Below are positions 32,701 through 44,138 of a stretch of 64,000 nt of DNA, one piece after another. How positions within the stretch are numbered: the stretch's first letter is position 1; every line of letters begins with the position of its first letter. Source of the stretch: Takakia lepidozioides (Eukaryota; Plantae; Bryophyta); NCBI GenBank assembly GCA_030704615.1, contig CM060731.1, positions 29,822,001 through 29,886,000 of the forward strand, read 5' to 3'. The position numbers were made by a program, and so were the translations under genes. Under the pieces are notes generated by a model. The model did no database searches. It saw only the letters and a program-made list of their open reading frames with translations, and had not been told where the DNA came from.

Positions 32701-35700
32701 TCAACTAACTTGCAGCAACCGCAACTCCAGCAAGTCAGTGATGATTCACACTCAGGATCAGACCAGCAATCACCCAATAGTTTAAGTGCAGACTGGGAGG
32801 TATACTATCTACTCTAGCCCAGTTGGGTCTGGGATTTCCTCCATCCATCTGTTTTGCTATCCAAAAAGTGACAGCTCAACTTAAAGCTGTAGTACAAGGT
32901 TGGAGATCTGGAGCACTGGAAAGTACATGGAACACGATCTTAGAGATCCTCTGATATCGGACCGGTTGTTGTCTCTTTTTGTTTCACATTCTATCTTTCA
33001 TGTACAAAACTGTTTCATTGGTAAGTCTCCTTCCTCATTTTCCGATCCTTTCTTTTGGTTTATTCTTAAAACTGGCAGGACCGAACAGGCCGTATTTCAT
33101 TCAAACTATTTGACAGGAATCCAGCAGAATTGCCTCAAGCTCTCCGGACACAGGTACAATGACATCCTCAAAATGTTCCTGCAGTGATGCTTACTGTGTG
33201 CTCTCCCATTAAGGGACAACTATCTGCATGTTTGTTCAACCAAGTGTTCTGGAAACATATGTAGAGGGCTACCTTGTAGCTAACTTATCAGGGGTATGAT
33301 TCTGTTACCCATTTAAGGTGAGTTATGTGTCATAGATACATTATAGTCGTAGAGGACTGTTGTTGTGGTGATCCATATGCATGGGAGTCCATAACCGGTA
33401 GACACTATTGGAAAATTTTGTCAGGTGTGCACCTGAGTAGTCTTCTAGTCATTGAGAAGTCTCTTCCCTTTGTAGATGGATCTTTAATACTGTGCCTATT
33501 TGTTGTCAGATTCTTGAGTGGCTGGCCCATCGTCCATCAAATATGGAGAGCTACATACGGCCTGGTTGTGTTGTATTGACCATTTTTTTATCCATGCGCA
33601 AATCTGCCTGGGCTGAGGTTTGGAACTGTTTTCTCTCAATCTTGATACCAATTTAGTGAGGCCTCTGCATGATGGACTTGCTTCTTAGATAGTAACAAAA
33701 GCTGTACTGGATATTGCAGTGCACCCTAGCAATCTAGCACATTCCAAAGAAGCAATGTTATTAACGCACCTGATACTTGCAACCCTTTTAGCATCAGTGA
33801 TTGCTTTTCAATCAATACAAGGAAATTCCGGATAGTGTGGCTGGTTCAGAGACATGTTGAGAGTCCTGCATTTGAAACAACCTAAAGGGATTTATCAGTA
33901 AAAGTTTCGGAGTCTCTGAAGCTTTTGTTGATTGGTTTTACAGCTAGTTGGAGACTTGCGAGGAAGTTTGGAGAAACTCCTAAGGAGCAGCGATGAATTC
34001 TGGTGCAAGGGGCGCATCCTTGTGCAAGTGGAACACCAGACAGTTTTTATCCTCGATGGTGAGTATTGTGCAGACTTGCCCCTTTGAAGAGTCTGTCAGG
34101 AAAGCTTCTACATGGATTTTGTGTTATACAGGATAGTTATCCAGCTTTAGGTCCCCTTCTTCAGGGGATAGATCACCCACCGCCGACAATACGAGAGGGT
34201 GAATATTCCCATGATGGGGGAGTCACCGAGTTGAAGGTTGAGCATGACAATAAATTATCTGGGTTTATAAATTGGTGTGTAGAACTTAAATATTCATTTT
34301 GGCTGGCAGGGTTGCTTCATTGGTGAAGTATCCTTTGAACATATGGCCTACCTGCTGCCGCAGTTGCTCTTTACCTCTAAGAGTGCAAGTTGTGGGGGGA
34401 AGAAGCGAGGGAAAGGATAACTTTTAACAAATGGCCTGAGAGCCCACCGTAGAAGAACAAAGTTGATACACAGAAACTAAAATATGAAGTAAACCTCAAA
34501 TGTCACAAAGGCCTAGTGCCTCATGCAGGTGAGCCGCTAAGCACTTTTTAGTCCTCGTTGCCAGGAATGAGGATTCTTGAACAATACACCATTATCTGCC
34601 TGGGATCTTGTATTAGGCAGAAGATGAGAAGAAGAATGATGTGCAATCTCCGTGGCAGATTGAAAAAAAAGGCTCTGTATTAAACCTGCTGTAGGAAGAT
34701 GTTGACCTAGAGGAATCTGTCCTACACGACGGAAGGGCGTCATAGCTCTGCTTACGTCACAAGATCCATTGCTTCTTGGTGGTCCCAGGTTTCTTAAGTA
34801 TCCCAGTTAAGAAGGCGGTGGTGCTGGTGATGGAGCTAAGTAGCCTCTTCTCAAGTAGTATCGTTCCTGGATCTCGTAGTAGAGAGGGTAGTGGAAGACA
34901 TTTGAAATAGACAGGAGTATCATGTAAAGCTCTTCTCAACGCAAGCTCGTCTTGTGTAAGAAGAGTAATTCTTTAGTCTGAATCTCCTCTGTCCTCTCTA
35001 CTGCAAACAAGCGGTCAGCACCCTCCAGGTTATCCCATCTACGGTTCTAGATAAGTAATTGGGCTGTAACATTCACTAATCTTGGAGGCCCAGCCATAGA
35101 ACTGCAGCTTTGTTGTAAGATTACCAAGGAAATTCCAGAGGCAACTATCAGGGTAATCCAAGGGGGAATTACCAACCCGGGAATCAGGATTACAGAAATA
35201 ATCCAAGAGCAGACCAAGGGCGAGGACCCAATGGTGAAGAACTATGTTACTATTGTAATCAGCCAGGACATCGCAAGGCAGCCTGTTCATTCTGGATTAG
35301 ACACCAGAATGAGATGAGAGCTCCTGTGAATGAGGGCCCAGTGGTGGCAGCTCACATGGTTAGGCCATGTGTTGTACCAGAAGTAAGTACAATGATAGTA
35401 ACCAGAAGCAAAGCCAAACTAATACCTCCAGTAGTTGAGGAGCCCAATAGCTTGCAGACCAAAGGATTCTGAATGAAACAATGGAACTTCATTACATCTG
35501 CAGAGGGCCCCAAGGGCCAATGGGAGGGAACGCAAATAGAGAGCAATATATGGGCAACACAATAGTAAAAACTCAAAAGTTCTTTTTAGGACACTGTTTA
35601 AGCAATGGCCTACCTGAAGGCACAGCTGGAAGGAACTCTACTTGCCGCTGTGTGTCATCGAAAAGCTTTAATAGTGACAGGTTACTGCTGAACCAATTCT

Positions 35701-38700
35701 CTTAGATAGGGTCACTCTGTTTATAAATTGTCTGATCACAGAGCATGTGGTACTAAAGTATAGCTATGGTGCTGTTCTTGTTTGTGTCTGTTTTACTGGC
35801 CCTGCATGCAGAGCCCACTGAAATAATTACTAGTAAGTAGTAAGTAGCGTGCTGGAGGAGAGAGCCCCCCCTCCTTATATACCTGCACAGGGCAGCTGGC
35901 CGACCTTGTCAAGTGGTGATGGAGCCTTCTAGAAGGCTGCTCCGTGCTCACACGTGTCACCCTAAAAGGACCTCTACCCTCCCCACTTGACACTTGTACA
36001 GTAGCTATTCCGAAACAAAAACCCTAGTCTCTGATGTAATTGTCCTTATAATGTGTCTGGGTATGTTTTGTATCCATTTGCAGGTGAAATTGTTGAGAGC
36101 AGAGAATTGAGGCCTTTGAGCTACCCATACCTCCAGTCTGTGCGGCCTCTAGCCATTGTAGCTGGGCAACAGAGTGATATTACCTTAAAGGGATTTAATC
36201 TTTCAGTTTCTGGGACTAGGTATGTATCATGGCAAGTTGAAATTTAATTTATGGGCTTGATTTGTTCTCAGTGAAGCTTTGGATTTTGACTCTCTTTCGC
36301 ACCTAGTTGCCATGTTATCTACCTTTCTGGGCTCGGTTTCTCAATCCTGTGTGTCTAAACCAGTTAACCCTCCATTTCCTCTCCCTCCTTTGTCTCCTGA
36401 GTGGTTGTATAACAGCATTAGGTGACCAGCAGGTATGTGTGAAGTAAGGGCTCTTAGATTGGTAGGGCCGAATTGCATGGCACTTTGCTTATAAATAGGT
36501 CTCGTTCTTGAGCATGTAGCTCATACTCACAGTTGGTATGTCTTTTGGTCAGGGTTCTCTGCGCCTACCAAGGGAAGTACACTCTTCATGAAGTCCCTAC
36601 TGTGGATCAAGATGAAACAGATGGGCCAGTGACTGCTGACCAAGTGTCTGATGTTGGAGAAGATCAAGTAGTTGACCCCGTTATTACTGATAGCTTGGCA
36701 AGGGATTCTGTAGCTGTTGTGCTTGACAACAGTTTCACTATCTGCGGGGAACCCTCGGATGTTGCGGGTCGGTGTTTCATTGAGGTGTGGTGCTCTGTTC
36801 AGGCTTCTTTTGGTGCCCTTTCATCCACTGCATCTTCTGTATAGTTGGTACGCGTCAGTGAGAAGCAGGAACTTTCTCACCACTGAGGAAGGTGGGCCCT
36901 TTCATTGTGCCAGCTTACACTGTAGACAACACCTTCTCATGGTGGGTGTAGAAGGGTTTATTTTCTTTTTCATGTAGTTCTGTTGTCTCCCAGACCTCTA
37001 GGCTCTCTCCTCCTAGCCAGCTGTCCAAAGTTTATTTATTTTGTTCTTTTTGTGCTCTCTCTCTCGTGTGGTCTGCCCAGATTGGGTGCGGGGTCTATGG
37101 CCATAAGGGTACGGCAAACGTCTTGTGAGATGTTGTTTGCCAGTCTTGTAGCCAGAGACCCCATGCCCAGATTGGGCAGAACAAAAAGGCACTAGAGAGA
37201 AACAACCTTGACCAAGCCATCATTAAAGCGATACAATCTGGGGAACCTCCCCAGATTTTGAAGAAGAATTACTAGTACCTGTTTTTGTTCTCTTTGATTC
37301 TTTGTTGCCCTATATATATGTATATTCCTCTCTCTTTTTGTTGAAGTCAAAGATTGCTGATTCCATGTGTCTACTATAAATTGGATGTTGTGCAGGTGGA
37401 GCAAGACACCATTGGAGGAAATTGGAAGCCAGTTATTGTTGCCGATGGGTCTGTGTGTAGAGAGCTCCGCATGCTTGAAGAAGAGATTGAGGATGCTGCC
37501 TTGTATGTAGGCAAGGCAGCTGAGAAGGAGGGGCTCCAACACTTCGACATTTTGGACTGTGTTGAGGTCATACGTTTGATGGTGGAAAGGGAGGTCTCAG
37601 CCTTCTTGGAGGAGCTCGGTTGGTTTTTCCAGAAGAGAAGCCCCACGAACTCCGAAGGCTCCCCTGATCTGGACATTGTATGTGTTTTGTGTGTACTGAA
37701 AATTCTTTAGTCATAGAAGCCCATGGGAGAGTGATGCACTTTCATGTGAAGAGAATGCCAACTGTTAAGTATTACAAGACTGGCAAGGTGAAGTGGTTCT
37801 TAGTTATGCCGGCTTAGGCCGGAGTCCTCTCTCTCTCTCTCTCTCTCTCTCTTTAACAACTTTGAAAGTCTCGAGGCTGAGCCAAAAGCCCAGGCCCTCC
37901 TGAGGCCTAGTTTTTGGGCAAATCACACACAGCAGATTGATGCTTGTGTGAAGGGATTTCTAGAGGATACCTGGAAAACCCGGATTAATTCTATATATGA
38001 TGGTAAGTCACTACCAACGTCAGCCCCTGACAGAGGTAGGTTCTGTCCCTTTTGTTCCCGCTCAAACTGGGCGCGGGGTCAATGGCCACAAGGCTACGGC
38101 AAACAACGTCTTATGAGTACAATCTCTCTCTCTCTCTCTCTCTTTCTATTACAATGTCAGCCCCTGACAGAGGTAGGTTCTGTCCCTTTGGTTTCCACTC
38201 AAACTGGGCGCGGGGTCAATGGCCAAAAGGCTACGGCAAACAACGTCTTATGAGTACATTCTATTACAAGACAGATTCTACGGCAAACAACGTCATATGA
38301 GTACATTCTAACAATACAGATTGTCAGACCTCCTTCTTTGTTCTTGCCCTACCTTGGTGCGCAGGTACTTTTATGTGACATTGATTAGAAGTTGGGAGAT
38401 ATTTCACTGGCCAAGGGGATCAAAGTTGTGTGTGTACATTGATGATTGATTTTGTATAGTGATTCATCTATAATGGCTTGTGCCTTCCAGGTCCATTCCA
38501 CACGGTTACAGCACCTTCTGGTTCGTTCTGTTGAACGGGGCTGGTGTGCTGTGGTACGAAAGCTTCTAGACATCCCATTTGGGGTTCAGGAGTCCGATGC
38601 TGTCTTTTCAAGGCTTTCCCATAGTCTGCAAGAAGTGGGCCTACTACACTGTGCAGTTCGCAGAAAGTACCGGCCGATGGTAGAGCTTTTGTTGGCATAT

Positions 38701-39617
38701 GTGCCTTCCGCTCTTGCAGGGGTCGGTGAAATGGAGTTCAAGAACTTCCATAGAACTATGCAATTCAAGCTGCGGTGGGGGACCATATTCAGGCCAGACA
38801 TGCCTGGACCTGGAGGTCTTACTCCCTTGCACATTGCTGCGAGCATGCAAGATGCTGAAGAAATTGTTGATGCGCTAACAAGCGACCCTTGGCAGGTAAG
38901 CTTGTGTGTCTTGGGGTGTAGCCAAGTTAGGTGGATGAATACTGATTTTTCAGGTTTTGGAGGCCTCCTTTATTCGAGTGATACGGTTCATTTTTCCCTT
39001 CTGTCTATCCGAGCTTTTGACTCCCTCCTCTTTGAAGCAAGTATTTGGAAGTTTGGAAATTGTGATATTGTTCTCCTAAACGTTTATCGTGACAGGTGGG
39101 ATTGCATGCATGGGTCAACAAGCGGGATGAAACTGGGGAGACTCCCCTTACCTGTGCACTTGCAAGGGGAAACTTCAAGTCTCTACAACTGGTGAGGACA
39201 AAACTTGCCCGACTGCAACATTTGGGGAGTACAACTATTGACATGCGAGACCTTCCTCCCCAACCATGGTATGGAAGACCCAATGGAGACAATTGGAGAG
39301 GAGTGCAAGAGGGGCCGAGGAAACAGGCCTCAAGTGCCAAGGCTGTGGAGCTACCATTGTGGGTGAAAAATTGTTCCTCAGCGGAGAATCTTGAATCCAG
39401 CAAGCATGTTCCCTCATCTTGCAGACACCAGGGACTTGGCAGAATGCCTACCCGTATAAGCGGCATTAGGAGTCGATCACACAGGGCGTTCTTGCTCTCC
39501 ATTGTGGCAATAGCCGCAGTATGTGTGTGTGTATGTCTGGTGTTCAAGGGGCCGCCACAAGTGCGGTTTGTGCTACTCCCCTTCCGCTGGGAAAGCTTGG
39601 GTCGCGGATCAATCTAA
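29723..39617 (+). CDS. SPL: SQUAMOSA promoter-binding-like (SBP-box) transcription factor, SPL1/12/14-type with ankyrin repeats and C-terminal hydrophobic segment
   Basis: [10 protein letters not shown] motif. SBP domain CQVDGC...[10 protein letters not shown]...RFCQQCSR|[24 protein letters not shown]. Further motifs [29 protein letters not shown] and [18 protein letters not shown]. Approximate exons: 29723-30410, 30790-30981, 31859-32799, 33080-33152, 33510-33617, 33943-34058, 36084-36219, 36553-36784, 37396-37677, 38491-38894, 39096-39617. Confidence 0.93.
30989..31295. mobile_element. Degenerate MITE in SPL intron 2, related to 25979-26588
   Basis: Begins CAGTGCTTGG with GGTTC/GAACC/TAACC motifs. 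Right TIR is decayed. Confidence 0.35.
37853..38310 (+). mobile_element. Family B LINE 3' fragments stacked in an SPL intron
   Basis: 37853-38123 is near-identical by eye to the reverse complement of ~2668-2938. A second terminal copy lies at 38155-38265 and a third partial tail runs to 38310. Flanked by (CT)n. Confidence 0.85.
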
Positions 39618-41209
39618 GTCATTCCAATTTCTGGTGCCCCTTTCAATGGACAATACCCACGCAGATGGAAAGAGGGACTGCTTCCTTACTTCCATGGACC
39701 TCGCCATTCCTTTCAATGCACACTAAGTAGTGACTTCTTTCCAATGCTCAGTATTACATGAGTGGGATGTCTGGCGCTGTTGGTGTACCATGACGAAGTT
39801 GCGATTCTTTTTCAGAATCAAGTGCTAGCTCTTTTTGACAGCCAGGGGGGCTCTTCAGGTAAAATGGCATTCACAGAAGGGGATCCTTCATGATTCATGA
39901 CAGGATATGTCGATTCACTTCAGATCATGATTTGTGGACTTGGAATGCCCCAGAGCATGGCACAGGTTGAGGGTGTGAAGGGGAGCCGCTGTGTAGTTAG
40001 GAAATCACAAGGGCGGATTGCCTTGCCGTGTAGTTTGTAGCCTTTGAAAACAATGTGGTCACAGGCAGCTCCTTTATCAGTCCAAAGGTTTGTGAAAAGT
40101 CCTGCTTATAATGAGGGAGGAGCAGGGAGAGTTTGAATGACAAGAATTGTAGGAATGGAATTGAGTGCTTCTTGTGTTCAATCAGCCATCATTTGCAAGG
40201 GGTGAGGAGAGTCCATATTACCAAAGGTAATTGTCTGGAAGGTTACATTGAGATGAAAGTGAGCTACTCATGTTAACTTCACATTGTCTCCCTGTGTAAC
40301 CTCTTCAGGGTGTACTAGGTACATATGTAATCTTTCTGAAAGTGCTCAATTGAATATGTGTATATGGTAGATGATGAACAACTTGTGAGTCTGGTTTAAA
40401 TAGGGCAAGGGCATCCCTTGTGGTATGAAGTATGAAGTTTCTTTTAAAATAAAAAAAATGGTAAGGAAAGGCAGACAGCCCGCACCTACAAGTAGAACAA
40501 TCTGGCATCACTTGACGGATGAATGGATGAACGACCCCGTGCTTTCATCGACGAGTCGGCTTCCAATCCGGACAAATGATCTTCCGTATGGATGATTTCT
40601 CTCATCCGTTTCGCGCTCTCTCTCTCCCCTCGGGAGGAGAGAATGGGATTCTTTGAACTCTGCTGTTGAGAAGGAATGTTAAACTGCAGTTCGCTTTGGT
40701 GCATGGCAACTTGTTTTGGGTTTTCTGGCCCATACTACTTTTTCTTTTTCATGCTTAACTTGTTCATCATAAACTCTAAACTTTCAGGATCTGCAGTGTC
40801 ACTTTGGCATGCCTTGGCAGCTGAATACACACAGTTCTCACAAAAATCACACGGCTGTGCATGGATCATCGACTAAAAGCCACAAGAGGTGACTAAACCC
40901 ACAAGAGACTGCTGAAAAAAGAAGGCTTTAGTTGGAAGACATATGCATGCGTATACAAATGGCAATGTGGACAGATGAACTGGCATTAGAGCTAGAAACT
41001 AAGAGTACTGGTCAGAAAGTTAACAACTGTAATCTTGCGCACCCACACTAAGTTTATAGACAGCTTTGGAAAAAAAAACACTTTCAATTAAAGTAACCAC
41101 GCCATGAGGCAAGGCCAATGGGAGCCCAACAAGCAGGGAAGGGGATGCAGAAGCTTACAAGTCTCAATGAAAGTTATTATAAACTGATGGAACTTACAAT
41201 GATTGTGGA

Positions 41210-42292
41210 CTAGAACGTGTTTCTACAATAAATGTCTAGCCTAGTAACTGGTAACAGAGGCGGAAAGAAATGCTGAGGAGATGTCCATGTGTCTTGCTTC
41301 ATGTCATTTATCCCAACTACTTCCGGATTTGCAGAAAAACTTTCCCTGCTCCAAAAGAATAAGAGATTGTCCTGGCTCACCACTTTCAAACAGAAGGCGG
41401 CCAAACTAGTATTTGCAATCTTCAGCCACTCTGGAGTCGTTGTGAACCTATCAACTCCCACACACTGGTGATGGGTGAGATGGGTGAGGTAGAAAAGCCT
41501 TCATGACCAACTAGCAATATGCGCCCTCCACTCGCTACAAGGAATGGACCAGCTACATCGTAACCACCTCCACGACAATTAGGCGTCCGTGTAGCAACTG
41601 TAGTCCACACACCGCTGCCAATGTCACAAGCCATCAAAATGTGGTCACCGAGCTCCCGTATGTGAATTAAAGCAAAGAGAGTAGGGCCACATATCAGAGG
41701 ACCAATTACCTCCTGTGGGCATAGTTCCAGTCTCGGTCCAACACTGGCAAATTGAGTCGTAGATGTGTGTTCTCCAACATTTGGTATAGTCGTTTGAAAT
41801 CAGAATGACCTTGTAGCTGTTGGTGCGTCTATTCACAATCAGATTTACACTTTGCACGTCCAAATGTGTTGGATTGTGAGGCGGGGCAGGCAATTGTCTG
41901 GAACTGTTCAAGAGAGGATTGTGTACCATCCATGATAAGTCATCGTCGGCCTCATCGACGCCCGCCTCCGTTATGCAATATAAGCCCCCATCTGCAGCAC
42001 GAGGTGTGCATAGTGAATTGCCCTGGGGAATTTAAGGCCGATCTTGTGCCACTGTCGAGTTGTGAGGGCATACAACATGCAACCATCTGTGCTTAGCTGT
42101 CTGTCAAACGACAAGAGGTAGGATTCTTCGTGAATCTAGCTGGTGACAGAGTTGCTGGAAACTAGCAGTAGATGGGAGGGCATTCCACAACTTACAAACT
42201 GACTTGAAGCGGACAAAACTTCGATATTGCACACAGCCCAACACCACCTCCATTAACTCCAAAGGGAGCCTGCCCCAAATCTCCTCCTCCAT
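41210..42292 (-). pseudogene. Intronless F-box/kelch-like pseudogene
   Basis: F-box IWGRLPLELMEVVLGCV..RFKSVCKLWN, then AADGGLYC, VHNPL..RQLP, YKVIL, IYDS...W across several frameshifts. Confidence 0.8.
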
Positions 42293-42408
42293 ATTGCCCA
42301 GGTGGTTTCGGTGACAACACCTCATCACCAACTGTGTTCTTATACGATCCTAACCTTAACAGAGCTTGGGAGGAGAAGGAAGGAAAAGAAATACTCGGCC
42401 TTGGCCCT

Positions 42409-42611
42409 TGGGGACCATGACGTCTACCACCGGGAGGCCCTGGAGGACCAGCCCCTGGCGGCCCCCCTCCGGGACCATGAGGTCCACCACCCCGAGGCCC
42501 TGGGGACCAGCCCCTGGCAGCCCTCCTTCGGGACCATGACGTTCATCACCCGGAGGCCCTGGAGGACCATCCCCTGGCGGCCCCCATTCGGGACCATGTG
42601 GTCCATCACCA
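42409..42611 (-). repeat. ~60-bp tandem repeat (about 3.3 units) encoding Gly/Pro-rich HGP..GPPG.GPPGPPG
   Basis: GGGACCATG recurs at ~42411, 42471, 42530 and 42590. Confidence 0.85.
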
Positions 42612-44138
42612 CCTCCGTAATCTGGTGCAGGATTCTTCATTGACTCTGTCTTGTAATAATGCAGCAAACCCTCCTTTTTCTGTGCCAATCCGAGTTCCCA
42701 AAGCATGTAATATCCGGCTTTCTGGAAGATTAGGATGCATCATGGTGAAAACTTTCAATTGGTGTTTACACATATTTCCTCGTTGTGACCAATGGCATGT
42801 GCAACACTCCCACTCAGAGTCTGGATTGCGAATAATATAGTCACGCCCAATGAGTACTCCAAACAGGTGCAGGTTCGCCTTGGATGAACATCCCTGTATT
42901 ATCTATTGGTGGCAACTCTACAAAACCATCGGGAATGGTCCTCGCTTGGACAACAGCGTTCTCGACCAATTGTTCTTTTTTGCTGTTGATTACAAACCCC
43001 CAAGATTTTCTATACTCCATTGCTGAAAAATGCCTCTCCACATCCTCAAGCAAAGTACATATAAGCCAATCAACTCACCTTCCAATTAGATTTCGTTTGG
43101 ATATTAGGTACCTACTCTTTAGGCTTCCATGATATGCTTCCACTCCAGCATTTGTATTCTGGTTTGCATGGGGGAAATGTCGAGTGGCCTCTATCCACAT
43201 ATCTGCATTACATTGTCAATTGCAATCAAAGTCATGCCCAAACAAACTGAAAATATTGACTTAGTATAGTAATTACCTGATATTAACATATTATAGCCTA
43301 ACTTCATTTATGCATCATGATATTCATTTTTGTTGACTACTAATTTGTTACACATTATATATTTTCATACACACACATATGCTCAATATCATCAAAATAG
43401 GTATGAAGATGAATCAGACTTATTGGATTTTTTAAAAACTAAATATTATGATATTGTATAGTATGTGTAATTGTATTGTGAAACAAAGCACTTACCGAGT
43501 TTGTCACCGCTCCAACTCCCAGTTGAAATAATTCCAGAAATCCCACTCTTGAAAATATGTTGCTTGTAGGTTGCGGAGCTTTTCATGCACTTCATCCATC
43601 CTATGACGTAGCTGAGCGCCGAATGTTCCCTTGAAGTACATGATATTTTCCAGCCCTCGGAAAATTGCAGATCTCGTATTCCAAGTTCTAATATTTTTTA
43701 TGACATTTTTTAGCCATGCTCGTTTGACATGCCACTGACACAATAAGATTTGCATTTGATTGCCCCAAACAATCTTGCATATACAACATGCACAAAAATG
43801 AAAAATGTGTTTAAAACATGGAACTATGCATGCTAAAGTGTAATTATATAAAACAATGTGTTCACAATGAGATACAAAAATAATTTGCAATCCTGTTGAA
43901 AAATTCAATTTATATTCTTACTTGATAGCATTGATTTCTGTATCACAATCATCGACCATGAAGTTGTTGGGATTCCAATTGTATGGGGGTAGTCGCATAT
44001 CTTCTCTCAACCTTCTCATCCAAAGTGACAAAGATGTTGCAGTCTGGGTTTCCGTTATAACCCATGCAACAAGGATCCCGTTGTGAAATTCGTCGAATAC
44101 CAACAATGTGAATAATGGGTTCTGCACACAAACAATAA

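Noticed and set aside
37052-37066. miR156/529-like site GTGCTCTCTCTCTC in SPL
   Set aside because: It is intronic, the 3' part does not match TTCTGTCA, and a CT microsatellite explains it.
40486-40720. Short minus-strand ORF downstream of SPL
   Set aside because: No recognisable homology or supported exon chain.
42290-42420. Direct in-frame transposase-F-box fusion
   Set aside because: Manual translation puts the GP repeat and the F-box ATG in different frames; a fusion would need splicing or an indel.
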